Positions 48,185 through 60,788 of a DNA stretch of 64,000 nucleotides are shown here, in pieces. The notes beneath the pieces are model-generated. The model worked only from the letters and a program-made list of their open reading frames with translations. It was not told the DNA's origin and did not search any database. How positions within the stretch are numbered: position 1 is the first letter of the stretch; each line of letters opens with the position of its first letter. The DNA is from Chiloscyllium plagiosum. Lineage: Eukaryota. The DNA lies in the NCBI RefSeq assembly GCF_004010195.1, contig NC_057755.1, positions 3,398,962 through 3,462,961 on the forward strand. Reading direction: 5' to 3'. The translations under genes were made by a program, and so were the position numbers.

Positions 48185-49785
48185 ATAGAACCTCATAGTG
48201 ATGTACAGAACGGAAACAGACCCTTCGGTCCACCCTGTCCATGCCGACCAAATATTCCAACCCAATCCAGTCCCACCTAACAGCACCCAGCCCGTATCCC
48301 TCCAAACCCTTCCTCTTCATATACCCATCCAAATGCCTCTTAAATGTTNNNNNNNNNNNNNNNNNNNNNNNNNNNNNNNNNNNNNNNNNNNNNNNNNNNN
48401 NNNNNNNNNNNNNNNNNNNNNNNNNNNNNNNNNNCTTTGTCTATTTATACTATCTATGCCCCTCATAATTTTGTAAACCACTATAAGGTCACCCCTCAGC
48501 CTCCGACGTTCCAGGGAAAACAGGCCCGGCCTGTTTCGCCTCTCCCTGTAGTTCAGATCCACTAACCCTGGGACGTCCTTATAAATTTTTTCTGAACCCT
48601 TTCAAGTTGCACAACATCTTTCCGATAGGAAGGAGACCAGAATTGCATGCAATATTCCAACAGAGGCCTAACCAATGTCATGTTCAGCCGCAACATGACC
48701 TCCCAACTCCTGTACTCAATACTCTGAACAATATAGGAAAGCATACCAAATGCCTTCTCCACTCTCCTATCTACCTGCAACTCTACTTTCAATGAGCTAT
48801 AAACCTGCACTCCAAGGTCTCTTTGTTCAGCAACATTGCCTCGGAACTTACTATTAAATGGATAAGTCCTGCTAAGATTTGCTTTGCCAAAATGCAACAC
48901 CTTGCATTTATCTGAATTAAATTCCATCTGCCACTTCTAGCCCGTTGGCCCATCTGGGCCAGATCCTGTTGTAATCTGAGGTAACCCTCTTCGCTGTCCA
49001 CTACACCTCCAATTTTGGTGTCATCTGCAAACTTACTAACTGTACCTCTTATGCTCGCATCCAAATCATTTATGTAAATGACAAAANNNNNNNNNNNNNN
49101 NNNNNNNNNNNNNCTGCTCTGCCCTCATCAATCTTCTTTGTTACTTTTTCAAAAAGCTCAATCAAGTTTGTGAGACATGATTTCCCACGCACAAAGCCAT
49201 GTTGACTATCTCGGATCAGTCCTTGCCTTTCCAAATACATGTACATCCTGTCCCTCAGGATTCCCTCCAACAACTTACCCACCACGGAGGTCAAGCTCAC
49301 CGGCCTATAGTTCCCTGGCTTGTCTTTACCGCCCTTCTTAAACAGTGGCACCACGTTTGCCAAATTCCAGTCATCTGGCACCTCACTTGTGACTATCGAT
49401 GATATACAAATATCACACCAAGAGGCCCAGCAATCACTTCTCCAGCTTCCCACAGAGTTCTCGGGTACACCAGATCAGGTCCTTGGGATTTACCACCTTT
49501 AACCGTTTTAAGGCATCCAACACTTCCTCCTCTGTAATCTGGACATTTTGCAAGATGTCACCATCTATTTCCCTACAGTCGATATCTTCCATATCATTTT
49601 CCACAGCAAATACTGATGCAAAATATTCATTTAGTATTTCCCCCATTTTCTGTGGCTCCACAAAAAGGCCGCCTTGCTGATCTTTGAGGGGCTCTATTCT
49701 CTCCCTAGTTACCCTTTTGTCCATAATATATTTGTAAAAACCCTTTGGATTCTCCTTAATTGCACTTACCAACGCTATCTCTTGT
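48185..49785 (-). mobile_element. CR1 LINE ORF2 RT region and 3' end (contains two small N gaps)
   Basis: [67 protein letters not shown]. Confidence 0.94.
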
Positions 49786-49834
49786 GATAATTATTAAAGA
49801 GGAAGAAATTCTTGAATGATTTTCAACATTGTTG

Positions 49835-50540
49835 TCTTCAGGTCAACAATAAGACAGGACAGTTGAGAATGTGCAGGACTGCCTGACTGTGGATTAGATC
49901 AGGAAGCTTTCTGATTCACAACTATTGACTAAGTCTGCATTGGTAATGCTTGTGTAGAGCAGTCGGTTTCATTTATGCAATCTCTTCCCAAAGACCACGT
50001 TGGTGAGCACATTCCACATGTGTGTGTGTGAGATCCTGTCAAAGACCTTCTACTCCAGGCTGTTGGGGGAGGCTTCCAACTCCCCTGTCCTGTCCTGCAC
50101 ATAGGCGATTCTATCCCTGGGAAGTGTGATGCTGACTGTACAGTCAGGTTTGCTCGGGGTGAATCACTGATCCGAAAGCAGTTCTAACCCGATTGGTGAT
50201 GAACTTAGTCAGATTATTTCAATTGGATGGGGAGAATATCTTGGAGGCTTCTGATGTACAGAGTGAGGCTCGCTGGCTCTTCACGTCTGGGAGATCCTGC
50301 CTGACATCAACCCCCACCGCCTGCAGCAGGTGAGGATTCTGCACGCTTTTCTGGACTTTGGGATTCCCCTTCATGGTTCTCCCTTTTAAGCACCTCCATG
50401 TTTTCTGGGATCACCTGTTACACGGTCAGATTCCACTTTCCCTTGCTGACCAGCAGGAGGCAGTGGTCAGAGAACAACGCCAACTTGACATTGGTGGATT
50501 TGACCAAAACACATCCCAATCTCTCTCGTCTCATTTCACA
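49835..50540 (-). mobile_element. Heavily deleted Tx1/L1-clade LINE remnant
   Basis: Minus-strand pieces VKSTNVKLALFSDHCLLL, KWNL, VKSQRASL..SEASKIF, FITNRVRTAFGSVIHPEQT, RDRIAYVQ, KVFDRISHTHMWNVL...FG. Confidence 0.7.
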
Positions 50541-50576
50541 GGAGAAGCACTGGAGGCTGGTGAACGTCCCTCATTC

Positions 50577-50873
50577 GGTTAGCACTGCTGCATCACAGCA
50601 CCAAGGTCCCAGATTCGATTCCAGCCTCGGGCGACTGTGAATGTGGAGTTTGCACATTCTCCCCAGTACCTGCGTGGGTTTCCCCCGGGTGTTCCAGTTT
50701 ACTCCCTCAGTTCAAAGATGTGCAGGTCAGGTGAATTGGCCACGCTAAATTGTTTATAGTGCTATGTGCAATAGTCAGAGGGAAATGGGACTAGGTGAAT
50801 TACTCTTCGGAGGGCCAGTGCGGACTTGTTGGCCGAAAGGCCTGTTTGCACACTGTAGGGAATCTAATCTAAT
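50577..50873 (+). mobile_element. HE1-type SINE
   Basis: ggttagcactgctg, gattcgattcc, central domain, aatctaatctaatc tail. Confidence 0.88.
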
Positions 50874-52049
50874 CCACTTCCTCATGAATTTCTGTTTAAA
50901 GCTGGCAGGTGTTTGACACTATAGGCAGCATTCAGTATTCTGAGCCCATTTGATTCTGAACACCAGGTCAGTCTCATCTTTCTTTCTTCTTTACTCGCTC
51001 GTCTTCATCTTTATCTTCTCTTCCTTGAGGCGGTGATGGTCGAGGAAGATGGCATCAGTGGTGTCAACAGCAGCAGTGTTGTGAACCTTCAGCAGGAATC
51101 CTGGTGTCGGTAGTAGCGTTGGTGTGGTCGGCCCAGGTAGCCAAACCCATTATCTTGTTCGATTACACTGACCTGGTGTTAATGAGACAATGGAACTGAC
51201 ATATTAAACCAAGAAACTTGCAGCATTCAATGTCAAACTCAGTCAATCCAGTGAGATATGCAAGTCTTCAACTTGACTGAACATTGAATTTATTGTCAAT
51301 GAGATATTGCAACAAGGTTTCAGGTGGAACAATAGACCTGAGTTTCAGTACAACTTTTGTTTGAGACGGGTCAATTAAAAATGTGAAAATTAAATATTCA
51401 ATAAAGGTTTTATGTAACAAACATCCTGCGATAGAAACTGAATTTGAAATATGACAATTACGTTGTTATGTTATAATATTGCTCAGCCACTGCAGTCGGA
51501 AATGACCAAGATCACGAGATAAAAGCAGGTCTGAAGTCCCACGAAAGCTTGTGATTTCAAATTAACCTATTGGACGATAACCCGGTGTCGTGTGATGTCT
51601 GACATTGTCCACTCCTGTCCAACACGGGCGCCTCCACATTAAAGCTGAAAGTCACTCCAATCAGAGAGATGCCACAGACAACATCAGAACAACGAAGCAA
51701 AAACCTTATGAGAAGGAAGAACTGACCTAACTCCAGTTCAACGAGCTGTAATCGCATATTTTAAGCTAGTTTGCGGGCATAGATATTTCAGAACTGTTAT
51801 GTTACTCGGGATATTAGAGGGAAAAACTGGTTTTGTAAAGTTGCATATTTATCTATCTTCTATTTCGAAAATAATTAATCAAGTGTGATTAAGGGTGTAA
51901 AACGAGGCCTACAAATTTTGCAGTAGGACAGAATATATGAAAACGAAGCCTCCAGGGGATATTGTCAATGTCTACAGGGAAATGGTCACCTCCTTGTTTA
52001 ATCATTTTGCCTTAGTATTTTTCAGGAGAAAATAAATCAGGATGTAAAG

Positions 52050-52549
52050 NNNNNNNNNNNNNNNNNNNNNNNNNNNNNNNNNNNNNNNNNNNNNNNNNNN
52101 NNNNNNNNNNNNNNNNNNNNNNNNNNNNNNNNNNNNNNNNNNNNNNNNNNNNNNNNNNNNNNNNNNNNNNNNNNNNNNNNNNNNNNNNNNNNNNNNNNNN
52201 NNNNNNNNNNNNNNNNNNNNNNNNNNNNNNNNNNNNNNNNNNNNNNNNNNNNNNNNNNNNNNNNNNNNNNNNNNNNNNNNNNNNNNNNNNNNNNNNNNNN
52301 NNNNNNNNNNNNNNNNNNNNNNNNNNNNNNNNNNNNNNNNNNNNNNNNNNNNNNNNNNNNNNNNNNNNNNNNNNNNNNNNNNNNNNNNNNNNNNNNNNNN
52401 NNNNNNNNNNNNNNNNNNNNNNNNNNNNNNNNNNNNNNNNNNNNNNNNNNNNNNNNNNNNNNNNNNNNNNNNNNNNNNNNNNNNNNNNNNNNNNNNNNNN
52501 NNNNNNNNNNNNNNNNNNNNNNNNNNNNNNNNNNNNNNNNNNNNNNNNN
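52050..52549. other. Assembly gap (500 N)
   Basis: Run of N. Confidence 0.99.
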
Positions 52550-53829
52550 CGACAAGGGAACATTCAATGAAAACCAGGGCACGAGGAAGCTCAGAGGAAC
52601 AGTGGGATTTTGGGATACATGTCCACAGATTCGTTAAGATGGCATTTCATGTTAGCAGAGTAATTCAGAAGACACACGGGACACATGCCTATATCAGTCT
52701 TGGTGCAGGTTATATGAAGCCATGTTGGAGCTTTCCAGGACTTTAGTGAGGATACAACTGAGGTACTGTGTTCAGTTCTCGTCAACACATGAAAGGAATT
52801 TCCATACTCACACAGACGCAATAAACCTCTAAATCCTATTGACATGTGAGAACAATGGCAGAGTTTAATATAGGGAGCAGATGAATATGACGTTCTTATA
52901 AATGTCCTACAGACCACCTCCAATGTCAGCATAGTCTTCCTTCAACATGGGGCGCAAAACCTGCTCACAGTATTCCAAACACGGTCTGACCAGAGCCTTA
53001 TAAAGCCACAGCAATGTGTCTCTACTCTTGTATTCTAGCTATCTTTAAATGAATGCTAACAATGTGTTTTCTACTTATTATGATGTTGTGTAGATTACTC
53101 GAGACGTGGAAGGCAGGAAGCGAGAATTTCTTTGTAAAAATGATCGGAGAAAAGAGTGCGTGGTCCCTTTAAAAGATAAAGTGCTTTTCTAAGCTTTAGG
53201 ATTTGCACAGAAAAAGGTGTGTGTTAGCAGCTGAACATTACAGCCAGTTCTGAAATTGAAACGTGCACCAGATGGCTGTGTGAATGGAAAACTTAGGGTT
53301 GTTTTGGTGTTAAGGCCACCAGCCTGAATATTAATCAATTGATTTAAACAAGGCTCGAAACACCAAAACTAATTAAATTTAAATCTGATGGTTTTGTCTA
53401 TTTCAAACCATTCCAATTACAAAGAAATTAATAGCTCATCAAGGGTGTTAAAGATGAGGGCATTTGGAAAGTTGGAGGCAGCCAACTGCCATCTGAGGAG
53501 GTAACAACTTTCAGCTCTCACAGAAAGCATCACCTGTCTATAAAAGGTACCATGGCACTTTCAGCTAATATTCTCGACAAAATAAATTACAGACAAAATA
53601 TCCTTGACAGTAGGATCAGCGGAAAGCAGGCGTTTGTGACTTGGGATCAGAAAATTGACTGAGAGACAACGGAGACGGCCGAGCATTCCAAAAGACCTGT
53701 GTGAAATTTGAGAGACTAATTTATAATTTATTTTTTTCTTATTACTTATGTTTATAGAGATGGGACCTGTTTTATTGGAACAGCATACCAGTGGAATATC
53801 GCTCACTAAGAGAATAGTTAGTAGTCATG

Positions 53830-54500
53830 GTGTATTGTCCTGTAAAAGGACGCCTGAATCTTTTGCTTCAGGGTTTCAAAGACTTTCCGTCACAAGGAAA
53901 TATTCTGCACATCTATTCTTCTGACCCAAGTTTATAAACTCTCACTTACATTCCATTTGCCACTTCCTCAACAGTCCACGCTGTTCCACCTACCTTTGCA
54001 ACGTGTGCAAGCGTTGCAAAAATAACCTCCATCATCACGATCATTAATGTATTTCATGAATGCTTGTGGTCCCAATCGAACCTCTGTGGAACTCCACTCA
54101 CCACCATTCGCTAAGCTGAAAAATACCTCTTTCTTGCTACTTTCTGCCTTCTGCCAGTCAGCCAATCCTCTGCCCATGATCTTACCTCGCCACTAATACA
54201 TTGAGTTTTTATCTTAGTTAGCAGCCTGCTGCAGCTGGGTCTTACGTTTTCTCTATTTTGTTCATAACTACGAAAACTATCTTTGTGTTGCAGCTTTCCC
54301 CAACGTTTCCTTATTGAAATGATTCTCTGCACTTTTATCCTACCTTCCAAAACGAACAACTTTAAATTTTCCCAAGTTAAATTGACATTTTGCTCACTTA
54401 CGTAAACGATCGTTTGCATCCCTCTGTCTGCATGCCTCTCGCAAATTGCCTTCCCACCTATTTTCGGTCCCAACTGCAAATCTGGCTATAGTACGATCAC
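53830..54500 (-). mobile_element. Decayed CR1 RT remnants
   Basis: SWAEDWLTGRRQKV, LGPQAFMKYIND, KIGGKA remnants. Confidence 0.6.
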
Positions 54501-55777
54501 TTCATTACTCAGTCATTCGCATTCACAGTGTTTTCATGCAAATATTGTTGTGCATTGGAACCGTCTTTGTTTATTAATAAATATTGCTTTTTGTGGGAAT
54601 CTTTTGGTTTTAAATATAAATATTGTTGTGTATGGGAAATGTGCATGTTTATATTTAAATGCTATTTTGTTTTGAAGCTGTTCATGCTTTTTCATAAATA
54701 CGGCTGTGTCTTGGAAGTGTTATGGATTAATATAAATATTGTCATGCATTCGAGCTGTACATGATAATATAAAAATCTTGTGTTTCAGAAGTGTTTATGT
54801 TCATATAAATATTGTCATATGCTAAAACTGTTTGTGTTTATGTGTATGTTCTTTCATGGAACTATTCATGTTTGTGAAATATTCACAGCGTCTGGAGTAC
54901 ACGGCTTTCCATAACGTACTATTCAGTTGGTTCCTATGGGTTATTATTGAGAGATTGACACAGTACATTTCAATCTTATAATCGATTGCTTTACAGGCCG
55001 GTTTTTGTGTTAAAATAATCACAGTGGAACGTGGGATCGGGGTGGGGCCGAATACTCTCTCTGTCTCGGCCTCTCTGTCAGAGGATTGATGACCCTTCTG
55101 TGTCTCTGCATTTCAGTGAGTGATGATATACCGACTGTGTGAGAGAAGGAACTGCCTGCATTGCTCCTTGTATCTCAGGTGGAATGTGGAATAAAGAACA
55201 GAAGGGAAAGTCTGTGTTGGGGCAGAGGGCAGAGAGACTGAGATGACAGTATGACAATATTGACCAAAATGGGCAAAGACTGGCGTGGAGGGAAATGTGA
55301 GAAGAGAAGAAGCAAAAATGGGAGTGTGAATGACAAGATCCTCAGTACTATCTTCAGAATGACAGAAAATGGTTACGGAGATAATAAAGTGAGATACTCT
55401 GTAATATTCCTGACAATACCTGCTCGATGCACAGTTACTGTCAGAGTCGAAATGAATTCTGTCTGGTTTCTCATCATTAACTCACGTATGGCTGGTTACT
55501 CTCAGTTTTACAATATCATGTTTCAGTCAACGGATCTAGATTGAATTGAAAAATTCATTGATTTGCAGAAATTCCGATCCAGCCCAGATTCAGTGGGAAA
55601 TGTGCTCTCTGCAATGGGCCCTTCCTCTCAGGGACCGGTGATATCCCTCACCTCTGAATGCAACAAGAAAAATCAATGTGTTTGTCACTGATGAGCAATC
55701 TTTGTCAAAGTTACTCCCTTCCCAAATACGCACCAAAAGGTTAAAGACATAGTGTGTGGTGTAGGGGATGGAGGATC

Positions 55778-56085
55778 TTACAGGGATGGGGAGGGATGTT
55801 GGGGCTGGAGGAGGTTACAGAAATCGAGAGGAGTGTAGGGGCTGGTGGAGGTTACAGAGATAGGGAAGGTTATAGGATTGGAGGGGTTTACAGATATAGC
55901 GAGGAGTGAAGGGACTGGTAGAGATGACAGAGATTGGGAGTGGTGGACGGAGTGGAGGACGTTTCAGATATAGGGAGCGTTTTAGCGTCTGGAGAGGTTT
56001 CCAGAGATAGGGAGGGGTGTCGGAGCTGCAGGAGATTGCATTATAGGAAGGGGTGTGGTGCTTGGGGAAGGTTTTAGAGAAGGTG
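55778..56085 (+). repeat. Degenerate purine-rich ~38-bp tandem repeat (~8 units)
   Basis: Recurrent gggaggggtgtaggggctggaggaggttacagagata-like unit. Confidence 0.7.
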
Positions 56086-56639
56086 AAATTTGGTAACCTT
56101 CAGCAGAAGTGTTCACTGTTAATCTGGAATGCTATTTTTGAATTCTCTCTATAGATGCTGCCAGACCTGCTGAGCTTTTCCAGCAATTTCTCTTTTGTTA
56201 TTAGAGCCTGTGTCTGTTCCCACTGGGACACTATGCAGAAGCAATAATAAATTGGACTGGGATCTCTTAATCACTGGAACCTATGGCTGAACCACTGACT
56301 TCTCAAACAAATACTCAAAACAATTATTTAGATTTGCTGCTTGGCATATTCTAATGGACATTTTATTTTGAATTATTTACAATATACTTTTTTGAAAAAG
56401 TAATTAGGAAGCTGTCTTCAAAAAGATGCATGTTCTTATTGCCCCTTGTCCATGTTTCTCTGAACGTTTCTCTGTATCCGTTGCATGAGAGAAACATTGA
56501 AGTGTACAGTGTGCGGTTTGGCTGGAGGTGCCACCCCTCCCCTCGGACTGTTACCATAGCAACAAGCTGCTGCATGGATTCAAATCTGAATGGGAACATT
56601 CTGGATTGATTGATTAATTTTAATACTTGATTGATTGAT

Positions 56640-56860
56640 TAATTTGGGTAAAGGACTATTTGAGCACGTTCTTCGGCTGCGGTATGAATTTAGTCTGGGT
56701 CACAACATAAATTGTGGTGTTTGTACAGCAACTGAGAAGCTTCAGCATGAAGCCCAATTCCTGCAAAACGTCAGGCAGATAAATAGGCCGAACCCAGAAA
56801 TGTAACATTCGGTTCCACACACAACATAACCATCGACATTGTTCCAAACAAGATGAAATT
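56640..56860 (-). pseudogene. Truncated GPR139-like fragment (TM6 to helix 8), more divergent subfamily
   Basis: NFILFGTMSMV, then a frameshift, then VWNRMLHFWVRPIYLPDVLQELGFMLKLLSCCTNTTIYVVTQTKF...NVLK*. The stop replaces the Y of KYP. No upstream part found. Confidence 0.85.
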
Positions 56861-56964
56861 AGTTTAGACCCATCCCCTGGATGATTGGCTGATCGATGAT
56901 TTAGACCCATCCCCTGGATGATTGGCTGATCGATGAGATGTAGGATTGATCCATTAAATTGCAT

Positions 56965-57958
56965 AATGTAATGGTAAGATCCTGGGGAGTGTTGCTAAAC
57001 GAAGAGACCTTGGAGTTCAGGTTCATAGCTCCTTGAAAGTGGAGTCGGAGATAAATAGGATCGTGAAGATGTCATTTGATATATTTCCCTTTATTGGTCA
57101 GAGCATCGTGTACACGAGTTGAAAGGTCATGTTGCGGCTGGACCGCACATTATTTGGAGGTGGAGGTGTTGGACTGGGGTGTACAAAGTTAAGAATCACA
57201 CAACACCAGGTTGTAGTCCAATGGGATAGTTTGGAAACGTTAGCATTTGGAGCGGTGCTCCTTCATTAGGTGTTTGTGGAGCATAAGATCATAAGGTCGT
57301 AAGGCCTTAAATTCTGTGTCTTACAATCTTATACTCCACAACCACCCGATGAAGGAGCAGCGCTCCAAAAACTAGTGCTTCCAAATAAACCTGTTGAACT
57401 ATAACCTGGTACAGGACAATAGTTATGACACTTTTGGGATATTGTGTGCAATGCTGGTCTCTCTCCACTTGGAAATATGTTTTGAAAGTTGAAAGGCCTC
57501 AGAAAACATTTACAGGGATATTGCCAGGGTTGGAGGTTATCAGCTATAGGGAGAGGCTGAATCAGCTGGGATTGTTTTCCCTGGAACCTTAGAGGTTGAG
57601 GGGTGTCCTTGGAGAGGGGCATGGATAGGTACATCGACAAGGCACACTCCCAGGGGTGGGTGAGTCCAGAACTAGAGTGCATAGGTTGAGGGTGAGGGGG
57701 TGGGGGAATTTAAAAGGGATCTAAGGTGCAACAGTTTCACTCAGAGCGTGGTGTGTTTATGGAATGAGCTGCCAGAGGGAGTGGTGGAGGCTGGTACAGT
57801 TACAACATTTAAAAGGTATCTGGATGGGTATATGAAAAGGAAGAGTTTAGAGGGATATGGGGCAAGTGTTGGCAAATGGTACTAGTTTAGTTTAGGATAG
57901 CTAGTCAGCATTGATGAGTTGTACCAAAGGGCCTGTATCCATGCTGTACATTTCTATG
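56965..57958 (+). mobile_element. CR1 3' part interrupted by a fold-back Penelope terminus pair (57155-57410)
   Basis: NGKILGSVAKRRDLGVQVH...FTQSVVCLWNELPEGVVEAGTVTTFKRYLDGYM. The insert has inverted arms. Confidence 0.85.
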
Positions 57959-58529
57959 TCCCGGTCACTTTGTGATTCATGAGACTGACATTGTAACACT
58001 TTAAAGACAAGAGACACAGGCAGAGAGACAGAATTGGAGACTTTTATTCATTATGTTTGAATTCATTTAAATTGTGTCCCATTGAAAGCAGATTTGTTGT
58101 TCCTCTCTCTCTCTCACACACACAGAGACAGAAATAAATGTTCAGAGATCGGCTCACAGACATTCTGAACATAATGCAAGCCCTCACACTCCTGGCTTAA
58201 CCCTATTGTGTTTCCACCTTCCTTCATTTCTGATGCAAAGACATCAGGTTGAACGGTTCATTCTGTATGTTTGCACCAATTCCCTCTGAAGAATATTCAG
58301 TATTAGTATGGTCGTTGACACATAGTGTTCCCTGAGAGGTTGATGAGATTGCCAGTCAGTGAAGCATTACTTTAAACAGCAGGCAAACTGGGTATCCTCT
58401 ACCTGGTAAATGTGATTAATGGGGAATATGTGTTCAATGGTGATTGTGCACACCTTTATCTCTTGAGCCGTTTACTCCTGTGGGACATTCGAATCGGTTT
58501 GAGGAAAACATTTTGAATGATAACTGCAC

Positions 58530-59637
58530 CAACATACAGTCAGAGATGTACTATGGAAACAACCCTTCAGTCCAACTCATTCACGCTAATTCGATATCCT
58601 CAACTAATCTCGGCTCATTTGCCAGCATTTGGACCAAAGCACTCTAAACCCTTGCTATTCTTCTGTATATCCAGATGCTTTTTAATCATGATAGTTGTAA
58701 CTGCCTCTACCAATACCTCTGGCAGCTGATTCCAGAAACACTATCCTCTGCATCTGAACTATGCCCCTTCCATCCCTTTGTTTATTTTGTCTTTCCTCCC
58801 TCATTTTAAACCAATGTCCTCTAGTCTTTGACTCCCCCACCCCGCGTACAAGACCTCGCGTCTTCACCACATCCATGGCCCTCATGTTTTGATAAACCTC
58901 TATACGGATACGCATCAGCTTCTGACACTCCAAGTAAAGAAAAGCAGCCCCACCCACTTTAGCCTCTCCTTGCAGCCCAATCTCGCCCACTGCCTCTACC
59001 AATACCTCTGGCAGCTCATTCCAGACACACTATCCTCTGCATCTGAACTATGCCCCTTCCGTCCCTTTGTTTATTTTGTCTTTCCTCCCTCATTTTAAAC
59101 CAATGTCCTCTAGTTTTTGACTCCCCCACCCGCGGACAAGACCTCGCGTCTTCACCACATCCATGGCCCTCATGTTTTGATCAACATTTATAAGCATACG
59201 CATCAGCTTCTGACACTCCAAGTAAAGAAAAGCAGCCTCACCCACTTCAGCCTCTCCTTGCAGCCCAATCTCGCCCACCTTGACAACATCCTTGTAAAGC
59301 TTTTCTGAAACCTTTAAAGTTTCAGAACTTCCTTCCTATAACATCAATAGCAAAACTGCATGCAGTATTCCAAAGGTGGGCTGACCAATGTCCCGTACAG
59401 CTACAACATGTCTCCCAACCTCTATATTTAATGCACTGACCAAAGGAAAGCATACAAAACGTCTTCTTCGCTATCCTATTTATCTGTGCATCCACTTTCA
59501 AGGAACTACGAAATTCCAACTCAATGTCTCTTTGATCAGTAACACTCCCAGGACCTCATCATTAAGTGTATCGGTCCTGTGCTGACTTGCCTTTCCAAAG
59601 TGCAGCACCTCGTAATCACCTAAATTAAACTTCATCT
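58530..59637 (-). mobile_element. Decayed CR1 3' part with an internal ~289-bp tandem duplication (58701-58989 / 58990-59278)
   Basis: ctgcctctaccaatacctctggcagct starts at 58701 and 58990; paired ORFs GEIGLQGEA. Confidence 0.85.
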
Positions 59638-59901
59638 TTTCAGAATCCCGTTGTGTTCTGAGCTCACCTTCTTTGCACCTTGAATTTTGGTGAATTCCTC
59701 AGCTCATTTTCAACTTCGTATTTCTGTTGAAAAACATTATCTAATCGCTGTAATTTATTTTGCTCATCTTCATTTTCTAAAACTTTTACTATTAGACATT
59801 TTTCTATGTGCGTTCTCTCCTGCAGAAAGAGATTAAATTAAATGGAAAGTGTTGAAATAAAGTACACCTGATTAGCTAGCATTGTGTAGACAGAAACAGA
59901 G

Positions 59902-60788
59902 TTAACGTTTCGTGTCCATCAACTGAATTATTTTCATAACTGGATATTTCACAGCGTCCTTCAACTGGTCTCTGAACTTTTTCTGTGTCACCACGTAAAT
60001 GAAAGCATTTGTGCAGCAATTTAAGTCGCGCAGCATATATCCGACTTGATGAAAGAGAGAAGCAGCAGAAGAAGCCAAGGAATAAGCAACATTAAAGAAA
60101 CTTAAGACAAAAACCAACCAGAGAAGTATGAAGCTGGCACATATGGCAAAGAGTAAAACCAGAGAGTTCTGTCTGTTCTCTGTCTCTGGATCATTGTCTA
60201 TTTTCCCCTGACCCCTCAGGCCTTTACGCACCTTAATAGCATCGAAGATGTGTCTGACAGTCAGAATATTAATAAAGAGAATAAAAGTGAATGGGAGAAA
60301 TGGTGTTAAAAACTGTTCAAAATATTGAAAACTTTTCCATCGCGGGTCATTATAATAACTGGATGTGATATAACAGTACTATGGAACATTGTTGCTGATC
60401 ATTCCAGTTTTAAATCGAAAGTAGTTGGGAATGTTTTTTAAAGGAAATAAAACACAGATTGTTGCTAGAACACGTGTTGCAGTTTTCTCTGTGCAATACA
60501 GAGATTTCATCTGATGAAAACAAATGGCGACAAATCGATCAAAAGAAAAGGCAACAGTGAACCAGACAGAGCAATCAATGGTCAAGCAGTTCAGGGTATA
60601 CATAAAACTACAATCAGGAGTAATGCCCAGGAAACACTGGGCGTAATAATAACGTGAAAATTTGAAGAGTACGAAATGAAAAACAATGAACAGTAGATCA
60701 GACACCGCCATGGCCACCAGATAGCGAGTGCTGCATTTCAAAAGACCACACCTGCCCCGAGCCAGGAATACAATTAGCATTAGTGTAA
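59902..60788 (-). pseudogene. GPR139-like paralog, exon 2, with one in-frame TAG (60379-60381) replacing the Trp codon of NNVPW; exon 1 not found in the window
   Basis: ttccag acceptor, phase 1, 887 nt, the same length as 38826-39712. ORFs 60379-60780 and 59902-60231 are in one frame, and the linker reads YCYITSSYYNDPRWKSFQYFEQFLTPFLPF. Confidence 0.9.
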
